Positions 39,174 through 47,540 of a DNA stretch of 64,000 bases are shown here, in pieces (positions within the stretch are counted from its first letter, which is position 1; each line of letters opens with the position of its first letter). The notes under the pieces are model-generated. The model saw only the letters and a program-made list of their open reading frames with translations. It was not told the origin of the DNA and searched no databases. Position numbers and translations under genes: made by a program. The DNA comes from Desulfobacca sp. 4484_104 (GTDB lineage Bacteria; Desulfobacterota; Desulfobaccia; Desulfobaccales; Desulfobaccaceae), in NCBI GenBank assembly GCA_002049795.1, contig MUKC01000009.1, positions 6,721-70,720 on the forward strand, written 5' to 3'.

Positions 39174-40202
39174 GTGGGTTACAAAATTGTGGTCGGGGTG
39201 GTGTTGGGGACTATCTGTTCCGTCAGCGGCTATCTGATCGGCAGCCAGATACCTCGGTATAGCCACCTGGGATGGACCAGTTGGGTCGGAGCCCTGGCTG
39301 GTCTGTTGATTGCCCTGCTCACCTTACAGTTAGAGCAGATAATCAAACGGGTGCCATTAAAGATTATTCTGGGGGGTACCTTGGGGCTGTTTATTGGTTT
39401 GGGCATCGCCAAGCTCGCCAGTTATCCGTTTGAACAATATCTCGGTCAATCCTTCCTGCAAATTCCCATCTACATTTCCTTTTCCGCGATTTTCGGCTAT
39501 ATCGGTCTGGTGCTGGGGGGCAAAAAGATGGCCGAGGTGACAACCCCGCTCTTTTTGGAAGAAAATAAAAGTTTGCGCTTCCAACCCAAAATTTTAGACA
39601 CCAGTGTCATCATCGATGGACGGATCGCCGATATCTGTGAGACCGGCTTTATTGAAGGTACCTTTATTGTGCCTAAGTTTGTGTTGGAAGAGTTGCAATA
39701 TATCGCGGATTCCGCCGATAATTTAAAGAGGAGCCGCGGCCGTCGGGGTCTGGATATCCTGAAACGCATCCAGAAGAATAGCCGGGTACGGGTGGAATTC
39801 ACCGATGACGGGGTTTCTAAGGCCACGGTTGATTCAAAACTCATCGAACTTGCACTTAAGACCCACGCCAAGATTCTCACCAACGATTTTAATCTCAACA
39901 AAGTTGCGGACTTACAAGGCATCGAGGTTTTGAATATCAACCAGTTGGCCAATGCCCTGAAACCCGCGGTGCTGCCCGGAGAGATCTTACATGTCCATAT
40001 CATCCGGGAGGGCAAATCCCAAGGCCAGGGAGTGGCCTATATGGATGACGGCACCATGGTAGTTATCGAAAATGCCCGACGTTATATCGGCAAGCAGGTT
40101 GATGTCTCAGTCACCAGTGTTCTTCAGACTACCGCAGGACGGATGATTTTTACCGAAATCAAAGATAGTAATAATCTCTCGGCCGCGTACCACTCTAAAT
40201 GA
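39174..40202 (+). CDS. Membrane-anchored PIN plus TRAM domain protein (YacL-like)
   Basis: It has N-terminal TM helices, a PIN core (ILDTSVIIDGRI..) and a C-terminal TRAM (GEILHVHIIREGKSQGQGVAYMDDGTMVVIE). GTG start. Confidence 0.8.
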   Translation: MGYKIVVGVVLGTICSVSGYLIGSQIPRYSHLGWTSWVGALAGLLIALLTLQLEQIIKRVPLKIILGGTLGLFIGLGIAKLASYPFEQYLGQSFLQIPIYISFSAIFGYIGLVLGGKKMAEVTTPLFLEENKSLRFQPKILDTSVIIDGRIADICETGFIEGTFIVPKFVLEELQYIADSADNLKRSRGRRGLDILKRIQKNSRVRVEFTDDGVSKATVDSKLIELALKTHAKILTNDFNLNKVADLQGIEVLNINQLANALKPAVLPGEILHVHIIREGKSQGQGVAYMDDGTMVVIENARRYIGKQVDVSVTSVLQTTAGRMIFTEIKDSNNLSAAYHSK

Positions 40203-41167
40203 CCCATATTGCCCTGACAGTCGAGACTGTGGAGCAGGGTCTCCGTCTGGACCAGGTTCTGAGTCGTCGCTTAAGCCACATTTCCCGGGCTCGCATCCAG
40301 AGATGGATAAAGACCGGTCTGGTCTTGGTAAACCAGGGAGGCCGGGCCGCTGATTATCGGGTGCAAGCCGGGGATCAACTGCTAGTGACCCCGCCGGAAC
40401 CGGAGACCTGGTCGCTGACTCCAGAACCTATTCCGTTGGCGGTAATATATGAGGACGAACATCTGTTGGTCATCAATAAGCCACCGGGGTTGGTGGTCCA
40501 TCCCGGAGCCGGACATCGAACCGGGACTTTGGTGCAGGCCTTATTGCACCATTGCTCGGACTTGGCCGAGGTCGGTGATGTGAAGCGACCGGGGCTGGTA
40601 CACCGCCTGGATAAAGAGACCAGCGGCCTGTTGGTAGTGGCTAAGACCGATGTGGCCCATCAGTCTTTAGTAAACCAATTTAAACAACGTTTGTTGTCCA
40701 AGATCTATCTGGCCCTGGTGTGGGGGCACCTGACGGAACCACAGGGTGAGATTGTCCAGGCTATCGGGAGGCATCCACGAGAACGTCAAAAGATGTCCGT
40801 CCATGGCCGCCGCGGTCGGGAAGCTTATACCTCCTGGCGCCGGTTGCGGCAGTACCCGGGGCCGCTGACCCTGTTGGAATTAGAACTACATACCGGCCGC
40901 ACCCATCAGATTCGGGTGCATCTGGCCGCTCTGGGTCATCCGGTGGTCGGGGATCAGACTTATGGGGGTGGGGCGCGGCGTCTGTCCGCGCTACCCACGG
41001 AGCTTCTGGGGCTTAAGACCCTGGTGCCGCGCCAATTGTTGCATGCCTGGAAATTATCTCTGCGCCATCCGCGGACGGCCGAAATTTTAAGTTTTGAGGC
41101 TGACTTGCCGACTGATTTTCAGGCAGTATTAGATTTCTTGAAACCGCGGGCGGCATGCTCAAGATAG
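40199..41167 (+). CDS. rluD: RluA-family 23S rRNA pseudouridine synthase (RluD-like)
   Basis: N-terminal S4 domain and the catalytic motif GLVHRLDKETSGLLVVAK. Confidence 0.9.
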   Translation: MTHIALTVETVEQGLRLDQVLSRRLSHISRARIQRWIKTGLVLVNQGGRAADYRVQAGDQLLVTPPEPETWSLTPEPIPLAVIYEDEHLLVINKPPGLVVHPGAGHRTGTLVQALLHHCSDLAEVGDVKRPGLVHRLDKETSGLLVVAKTDVAHQSLVNQFKQRLLSKIYLALVWGHLTEPQGEIVQAIGRHPRERQKMSVHGRRGREAYTSWRRLRQYPGPLTLLELELHTGRTHQIRVHLAALGHPVVGDQTYGGGARRLSALPTELLGLKTLVPRQLLHAWKLSLRHPRTAEILSFEADLPTDFQAVLDFLKPRAACSR

Positions 41168-41769
41168 CCCTGAGCGGAGGCGTAGCCTCGGGCAAAAGCA
41201 CGGTGGCCAAGTATTTTCGTGACTTGGGCGTGGCGGTAATTGATGCCGATGAATTGGCTCGGCAGGTAGTGGCCCCCGGGCAACCTGCTAACCAGGCGAT
41301 TCGCCAAGCCTTTGGTCCAGAGTTTTTTGACCCCGACGGCACCCTCAACCGGGAAAAATTGGGGCAGCGAGTATTTACCCATCCATCGGCCCGGCGACGT
41401 CTGAACGAGTTGACCCACCCCTGGATCGCTCAAGCCCTGCATCAGCGACTCCGCCAGTTCGAGGCCCAGGGGGAGCCGGTGGTGGTGGTAGAAGTGCCGT
41501 TGCTCTTTGAATTGGGGCTGGAGTCGGCCTATGATTTGGTGATCGTGGTCGATGTCGACCGTGACACCCAGATTCGCCGCCTCCGGTCAAGGGACCGGCG
41601 GAACTACACTCAGATTGAGAGTATGCTCCAGGCCCAAGCCCCCTTGGCGGAGAAAGTCCGGCGAGCGGATTACGTGATTGATAATCGCGGTACTCTTGAG
41701 GAAACGCACCAAAAGGTTAAAAATATTTTAGAAAAAGTTAAATCGATTATGCTTGACAAAAATTTATAA
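41155..41769 (+). CDS. coaE: Dephospho-CoA kinase
   Basis: MLKIALSGGVASGKSTV P-loop. 204 aa. Confidence 0.9.
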   Translation: MLKIALSGGVASGKSTVAKYFRDLGVAVIDADELARQVVAPGQPANQAIRQAFGPEFFDPDGTLNREKLGQRVFTHPSARRRLNELTHPWIAQALHQRLRQFEAQGEPVVVVEVPLLFELGLESAYDLVIVVDVDRDTQIRRLRSRDRRNYTQIESMLQAQAPLAEKVRRADYVIDNRGTLEETHQKVKNILEKVKSIMLDKNL

Positions 41770-42291
41770 AACGTTTACGGTGCCAGATAACCTCTCCTTA
41801 AGAGAATTTTATGTCTATCCGAATGAAGTAATTAAGTTGTCGCACAAGCCCTATTCCCCATAAGTTTTCATGATGTATTCCAAAGAAGCAGGCGATCAGC
41901 CACACTCAACCCCCAAATTCCATGGCCTTCAGTCGATGATTACCTAAGTTCGTTGACCCTAAAGTTGAAATCTTACCGAGGTTTCGCCCGACGCCAGCGG
42001 GTCAAAAAAATGCTGGCCCCCAAATTAATAACTACAGCCCACCCCTGCGTAAAACGGGGCCGGGCCCTGTAGAAAAAATTTATCTTTAAAAAATGACTAA
42101 AGACTCACGGCAACCAAGATCGGCTGGCGGCGACGACGTCGGCTACCAAGGGCTGGGAAGTTTGAACCGCTGGCGGTTATCCCGAATCCCTAATTCTAAT
42201 AAGATTATCGCGGGATCGCCAACCATTAGCCAATGCTTTGCCGTTAGATTGCCATGAAAGAGAAGAGAATATGTTACCAGATGAGGATGTT

Positions 42292-43539
42292 ATGAACCTT
42301 GCAGCCTTAAAAAACAAGAAAATTGGGGAGTTAGCCAGTCTGGCGCGGGAGTTTCACGTAGAGGGCGCCGCGGCTATGCGCAAACAGGAGCTAATCTTTG
42401 CCATTCTCCAGGCCCAGACGGAGAAGAACGGCTACATTTATGGCGAGGGAGTCCTGGAAATCCTGCCGGATGGCTTTGGTTTCTTGCGCTCGCCGGGATA
42501 CAACTATCTGCCGGGGCCTGATGATATCTATGTTTCCCCCTCTCAGATCCGACGTTTCAATCTATGTACTGGCGATACCGTATCGGGCCAGGTCCGTCCC
42601 CCGAAGGATGGCGAGCGTTACTTTGCCCTGCTGAAAGTAGAGTCGGTAAATTTTGAAGACCCGGAGATGTCCCGGGAAAAGATCCTGTTTGACAATCTCA
42701 CCCCGCTGTACCCCAATAAATCCCTGCGGCTGGAAACTGACCCGGATAACTATTCGGCCCGCATCATGGATCTGATGACCCCCATCGGCAAAGGTCAACG
42801 AGGACTGATCGTGGCCGCCCCGCGCACCGGCAAGACCATGCTGTTACAGAATATCGCCAACAGCATTGTCCGCAATCACCCCAGGGTCATCCTGATCGTC
42901 CTGTTGATCGATGAACGGCCTGAAGAAGTGACCGATATGCAACGTTCGGTAAAGGCTGAGGTGGTCAGCTCCACCTTTGATGAACAGGCGCAGCGTCACG
43001 TCCAGGTCGCGGAGATGGTCTTGGAAAAGGCCAAACGGCTGGTGGAGCATAAACGCGATGTAGTTATTTTACTCGATTCCATCACCCGGCTGGCCCGGGC
43101 TTACAATACCGTGGTCCCGCCCAGCGGCAAGATCCTCTCCGGGGGGGTGGATTCCAACGCCTTGCACAAACCCAAGCGCTTTTTTGGCGCGGCCCGGAAC
43201 ATCGAAGAGGGCGGCAGTCTGACCATTATTGCCACTGCCCTGATTGATACTGGCAGCCGGATGGATGAGGTGATTTTCGAGGAATTTAAAGGTACCGGGA
43301 ATATGGAAATCCTGCTGGAGCGCAAGCTTACCGAAAAACGCATATTCCCGTCGATTGATATCAATCGTTCCGGAACCCGCAAAGAAGAATTACTGGTGCC
43401 CCCGGAAGATTTAAATCGCATCTGGATTTTGCGAAAGCTGTTGGCTCCTCTGAGTCCGATCGATAGTATGGAATTCCTGCTGGAAAAGATGCGCGGCACT
43501 AAAAGTAACGCCGAATTTTTAGCTTCGATGAGCCGTTAA
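42292..43539 (+). CDS. rho: Transcription termination factor Rho
   Basis: [29 protein letters not shown] terminus, Walker A PRTGKT, and RNA-binding GFGFLR. The track ORF starts at TTG 42238. The ATG at 42292 gives the canonical N terminus and has GAGGA upstream. Confidence 0.95.
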   Translation: MNLAALKNKKIGELASLAREFHVEGAAAMRKQELIFAILQAQTEKNGYIYGEGVLEILPDGFGFLRSPGYNYLPGPDDIYVSPSQIRRFNLCTGDTVSGQVRPPKDGERYFALLKVESVNFEDPEMSREKILFDNLTPLYPNKSLRLETDPDNYSARIMDLMTPIGKGQRGLIVAAPRTGKTMLLQNIANSIVRNHPRVILIVLLIDERPEEVTDMQRSVKAEVVSSTFDEQAQRHVQVAEMVLEKAKRLVEHKRDVVILLDSITRLARAYNTVVPPSGKILSGGVDSNALHKPKRFFGAARNIEEGGSLTIIATALIDTGSRMDEVIFEEFKGTGNMEILLERKLTEKRIFPSIDINRSGTRKEELLVPPEDLNRIWILRKLLAPLSPIDSMEFLLEKMRGTKSNAEFLASMSR

Positions 43540-43781
43540 TCTCGTCCCCCGCCATCACCAGAGGCCAAGCTGACCCAAGCTTCATCCGCTTTAGTCTCGA
43601 GATCTTCGAAGGCAAAGACAACTTACCAGTTTCCACCCCCAACCCTGCATGGTTAGGGCGAGGCTGTATATGGCGCCCGGAATCATTTATGGGTAAGCAA
43701 CGGATATAACTTATAAATATTGTGGGGTGACCCTTACCCGGAGCAGTTCTCTTACTCCTTTAGGGGAGTGGGGGAGTAAAA

Positions 43782-44009
43782 TTATTTATGTCCCAGACCT
43801 TCCCAGATTTTAAAGGCCATGTTAAGCGTTAAATTGCTAACTCTTAAACCGCGGATTAAGCGATTCATCAGTTGGTGGGTAATACCACACTTTTCCGCCA
43901 GCGACGCCTGAGTTTCACCTTCTTGAAGTGCAGCTTCAACCCCGGCCAGAATTTTTTTGAGGACGCTTTCAACCCCAGTATGAGCAGATCTTTTAGTTAT
44001 ATTTATCAG
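43782..44009 (-). CDS. Small XRE/Cro-like helix-turn-helix ORF with no canonical start codon (possible remnant)
   Basis: Own translation: ..KRSAHTGVESVLKKILAGVEAALQEGETQASLAEKCGITHQLMNRLIRGLRVSNLTLNMAFKIWEGLGHK*. There is no in-frame ATG/GTG/TTG upstream of the HTH, and the frame opens after a TAA with CTG at 44009. It is not in the ORF track. Confidence 0.35.
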   Translation of the reverse strand: MINITKRSAHTGVESVLKKILAGVEAALQEGETQASLAEKCGITHQLMNRLIRGLRVSNLTLNMAFKIWEGLGHK

Positions 44010-44260
44010 TTAATAATTATTATTTTCTATCAGATATTTTAAGTTAAATCTTAATGTTTTAAATGTCAATAACCGGCAGGCGCTTTTTTTAATGATTATT
44101 TTGGCAAAAAATTCCACCAATAATGATTATTGCTAGTGGCCTGGAGAAATTTTCCTCGCTAAAAATATTGCTTGCCAAGGGGTGGTGGGTTCAGGTAATT
44201 ATATCCGGGTAAAATCTTGCTTTTTCCTGAAATTAATTATTACATTTTAGAAGGATAAGT

Positions 44261-45199
44261 ATGCCACCGAAACTGATCGTGGTGACCGGCGGGGTCGGAT
44301 TTATCGGCTCACATGTGGTGGATTTATTATTAGACCAGGGGCATCAGGTCCTGGTGGTCGATGATCTATCCACCGGCTCCCTAAATAACCATAATTCCCA
44401 GGCCGAGTTCCATCAATTAGACATTCGAAGTGCCGAGGCGCATGAATTGATTCTCCAGCGCCGCCCCGCGGTCATTTGCCATCTGGCGGCCCAGGTCAGT
44501 GTGCGGAATTCGGTGGCTGATCCGGCCCATGATGCCTCCATCAATATCTTGGGGACCTTGAACCTGCTTGAGGCGGCCATCACGGCCGGTGTGGAGAAAT
44601 TTCTGTTTGCCTCCACCGGCGGGGCAATTTATGGTGAACAGGATTATTTTCCGGCCGACGAGGCCCATCCGCCGCGGCCGGTCTGCCCTTACGGGGTTGC
44701 CAAGCTGGCCGTAGAGCGCTACTTGTACTATTATCAGCAGGAATATGGGCTTAATTATGTAGCCCTGCGTTACGCCAATGTTTATGGCCCCCGACAGGAT
44801 CCATATGGTGAAGCTGGAGTAGTAGCCATCTTCACCGAGAAGATGCTTCACGGGGAACAGGCAGTGATCAATGGCGATGGTCTCCAGACCCGGGATTTTG
44901 TCTTCGTCAAAGACGTGGCCCGGGCTAACCTCCTGGCCCTTAACGGCGATATCCAGGGAGAAATCAATATCGGCACCGGGCGCGAGACCGATATCAATAC
45001 CTTGTTTAACTATCTCAAGGAACTTACCGGCGCAACCCTGGCAGAGTATCATGGCCCGCCCAAATCCGGGGAGCAACGGCGCAGTGTGATCGATTTTGGC
45101 AGGGCCAAGAGGCAATTGGGTTGGGAACCCCAGACGTCCTTAACGGACGGTCTGACTGCGACAGTAGAATATTTTCGCCAGCGTTGTGCCCCCTACTAA
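44261..45199 (+). CDS. galE: NAD-dependent epimerase/dehydratase, UDP-glucose 4-epimerase-like
   Basis: GGVGFIGSH Rossmann motif and the YGVAK (YxxxK) catalytic motif. 312 aa. Confidence 0.75.
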   Translation: MPPKLIVVTGGVGFIGSHVVDLLLDQGHQVLVVDDLSTGSLNNHNSQAEFHQLDIRSAEAHELILQRRPAVICHLAAQVSVRNSVADPAHDASINILGTLNLLEAAITAGVEKFLFASTGGAIYGEQDYFPADEAHPPRPVCPYGVAKLAVERYLYYYQQEYGLNYVALRYANVYGPRQDPYGEAGVVAIFTEKMLHGEQAVINGDGLQTRDFVFVKDVARANLLALNGDIQGEINIGTGRETDINTLFNYLKELTGATLAEYHGPPKSGEQRRSVIDFGRAKRQLGWEPQTSLTDGLTATVEYFRQRCAPY

Positions 45200-45201
45200 C
45201 T

Positions 45202-45279
45202 AGTGTCCATCCGGAAAGCCATGGTTTCCCTCCACTCTGGAGGGGTGTTGTCTAGACCGGGGGAGTTTCCGCTGGTGGT
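45202..45279. repeat. Short copy of the palindromic element family
   Basis: AGTGTCCATCCGGAAAGCCATGGTTTCCCTCCACTCTGGAGGG.. matches the first 16 nt of the 29679 copy at 15/16 positions and keeps both local hairpins. It ends ..CCGGGGGAGTTTCCGCTGGTGG and begins 3 nt after the galE stop. Confidence 0.6.
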
Positions 45280-45370
45280 TAATTTGGCGGGGGGGGGGTT
45301 AACTTACCAACTGGACGACCGAAGTTGGCAAATCTGCTTTACTGCCACTTGGGATGTGGACCATCGGGAA

Positions 45371-47242
45371 TTAGTCAAGCACCTCATGGCAGTGGCGCAA
45401 TTTGGCCATCTCCTCCTCCTTGAGGAGAACCTGACGCCCGTGGACCATCAGTTCTACTATCGGAATCAGATTCTTGGCAGTAAACAGGTTGGGAAGCAAC
45501 ACATAGTCCGCCCCGGCCTTATACAGGTTCAGAGCTTGCTTGGCCGAACCCGCGGTGACGATAATTTTGGCGTGGGGGCAGAGCGTTTTGATCTGGTTAA
45601 TGATTCGTAGATTATCAGTACCGACCAATAATTCGTCCGGTACGCTGGAGATCACCACCTTGGCTCCTTCAATCCCGGCGTGGTGCAAGGTCTGGAGATT
45701 ACTGATATCTCCGTAAATCACTTTGACTCCTCGCTTTTTTAACCTTCTAAAGACCCGGGGATTAAAGTCGATTACTACCATCCGCTCCTTGATTTCCTGA
45801 TCTGACTGCTCGATCTCTTCCATAAAGGCACTGGCAATCCGGAAAAAGCCTAACATAGCGATTTCTTTGTCGGGTGTGGTGAACTTTTCGTCGGCCGCAC
45901 CGCCGATATCCTTAACGCCGATTCTGTTCAAGAGTTTACTAAGGAAGTCCTGCAATTGCTGATTAAATTTAATCATGTAAGTGGAAGTAATCGAGGTGAT
46001 GACAAAGACAAAAATGATGATGGTCTGAATGTCCGGGGAGATTTGCTGATTCTGTAACCCCAACACGGTGATAACCAGCGCAAATTCGCTGAGCTGGGAC
46101 AGGTTGATCGAAGTCAGCAGGCTGACCCGGCTGCCGTTTTTGAGCAGATAGAGAATGGGAAATATAGTAAGGAACCGGGTTGCCACTAAAAATAAGGCGC
46201 CGGTCCCGGCTACCAGCACGAAGCCGAGATTATTAGCCGGATTCGGAATTTCCATCCCTAAGGCTACAAAAAACAAGGTGATGAAAAAATCGCGGATACT
46301 AACGATTTTGGCAATGATATCTAAGTTATAGGGAAAGGTCGACATCGCCATGCCGGCAATCAGGGCCCCCATGGCCCGGGAGAGGCCGAGAAAATCAGCC
46401 AATCCGCAGATCAGAAAGCACCACCCCAAAGAGGCCACTAAGACTAATTCCGGCAACTTGGCAATTTTTTTGAAGATATAGCCTAGCAAATATTTGCTGA
46501 GCAACAGGCTGGTCACGACAAGCAGGGCGGCTTCACCGAAATCTATCAAGATCTGGAGAATTTGGGGGTTGTCCAAGGAAGGTGCCAGGCTCAGGATGAC
46601 GATGGCCCACAGGTCCTGGAAGATCAGCACGCCGATAGTCAGTCGCCCGGCCAGGGTATCCAGTTCAAATTTTTCATAAAGCAGTTTGACTACGATAGTC
46701 GTGCTACTTAACGCCAGACAGACAGCCAGGTAGAGGAGATCATATTCCCCGCCGAGTACCTTGACGCCGAAAATTTCGTATTCATATGGTGCCCCGACAG
46801 TAAAGCCCAGCAACAGGAAAAAGCCAAAGCCCAGGGCAGCACACAGGATGAATTGCAAAACGCCGGTAGTGATCAGTGATTTGCCGGCTTCTTTGAGCTT
46901 TTTGAGGTTGAGCTCCAACCCGATCATGAATAATAACAGGATCAGGCCGATTTCGGCGATAATCCGGATGTCGGTTTTGCTTGCCACCCAGCCGAAGCCG
47001 AACTGCGGACCGATCACCGCTCCCGCGGAAATATAGGCCAGAATCAGAGGCTGTTTGGTCAAAGAGGCCAGAAAGGCCAGAACCGTCGCCACTAAGATAC
47101 TGATGCCGATGCTGTTTAATAGGGCATGGTCTTCGGCCGCATGACCCGCAATTGCAACCTCGGGAAACACCAGGATCGCCAGCAATGACAGTAAAATCAA
47201 AGAAATAGCCGGACTAAGGCGCTCTAACTCTAGATAACGCAA
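45371..47242 (-). CDS. Monovalent cation:proton antiporter-2 (Kef-type) with C-terminal RCK/TrkA-N-like domain
   Basis: 623 aa with about 12 TM helices and a C-terminal VVIDFNPRVFRRLKKRGVKVIYGDISN Rossmann-like segment. TTG start in the track. Confidence 0.8.
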   Translation of the reverse strand: MRYLELERLSPAISLILLSLLAILVFPEVAIAGHAAEDHALLNSIGISILVATVLAFLASLTKQPLILAYISAGAVIGPQFGFGWVASKTDIRIIAEIGLILLLFMIGLELNLKKLKEAGKSLITTGVLQFILCAALGFGFFLLLGFTVGAPYEYEIFGVKVLGGEYDLLYLAVCLALSSTTIVVKLLYEKFELDTLAGRLTIGVLIFQDLWAIVILSLAPSLDNPQILQILIDFGEAALLVVTSLLLSKYLLGYIFKKIAKLPELVLVASLGWCFLICGLADFLGLSRAMGALIAGMAMSTFPYNLDIIAKIVSIRDFFITLFFVALGMEIPNPANNLGFVLVAGTGALFLVATRFLTIFPILYLLKNGSRVSLLTSINLSQLSEFALVITVLGLQNQQISPDIQTIIIFVFVITSITSTYMIKFNQQLQDFLSKLLNRIGVKDIGGAADEKFTTPDKEIAMLGFFRIASAFMEEIEQSDQEIKERMVVIDFNPRVFRRLKKRGVKVIYGDISNLQTLHHAGIEGAKVVISSVPDELLVGTDNLRIINQIKTLCPHAKIIVTAGSAKQALNLYKAGADYVLLPNLFTAKNLIPIVELMVHGRQVLLKEEEMAKLRHCHEVLD

Positions 47243-47364
47243 GATACCTTCACAGCTGGAACAGTTAGGTCAGCACAACTATAAGATTATTAAGCTGACA
47301 GAGTAAAATAATGAAAACGGGTTTAGGTCGGTTTACCTAAACCCTGAATAAGTTATTTAATTAT

Positions 47365-47452
47365 TGGTGCCGGAGGCGAGACTCGAACTCGCACAGGCAT
47401 AAAGCCCGGGGGATTTTGAGTCCCCTGCGTCTACCCATTCCACCACTCCGGC
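47365..47452 (-). tRNA. tRNA-Leu (CAA)
   Basis: Minus strand: GCCGGAGTGGTGGAATGGGTAGACGCAGGGGACTCAAAATCCCC + long variable arm + GAGTTCGAGTCTCGCCTCCGGCACCA. It has a CT-CAA-AA anticodon loop. 88 nt. Confidence 0.9.
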
Positions 47453-47540
47453 AGCCGATAAAATACATCTTCTTTTCTATTATATGATTTTATAAATTCT
47501 CCGCTCCGGTTTGGCAAGAATTTTTGTTTACCAAGTTGAC

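Noticed and set aside
45203-45610. 135-aa plus-strand ORF starting at GTG 45203
   Set aside because: It starts inside the repeat copy, includes a G-run (GGGGGGGGGG), and then runs antisense through the 3' end of the kef-type gene.
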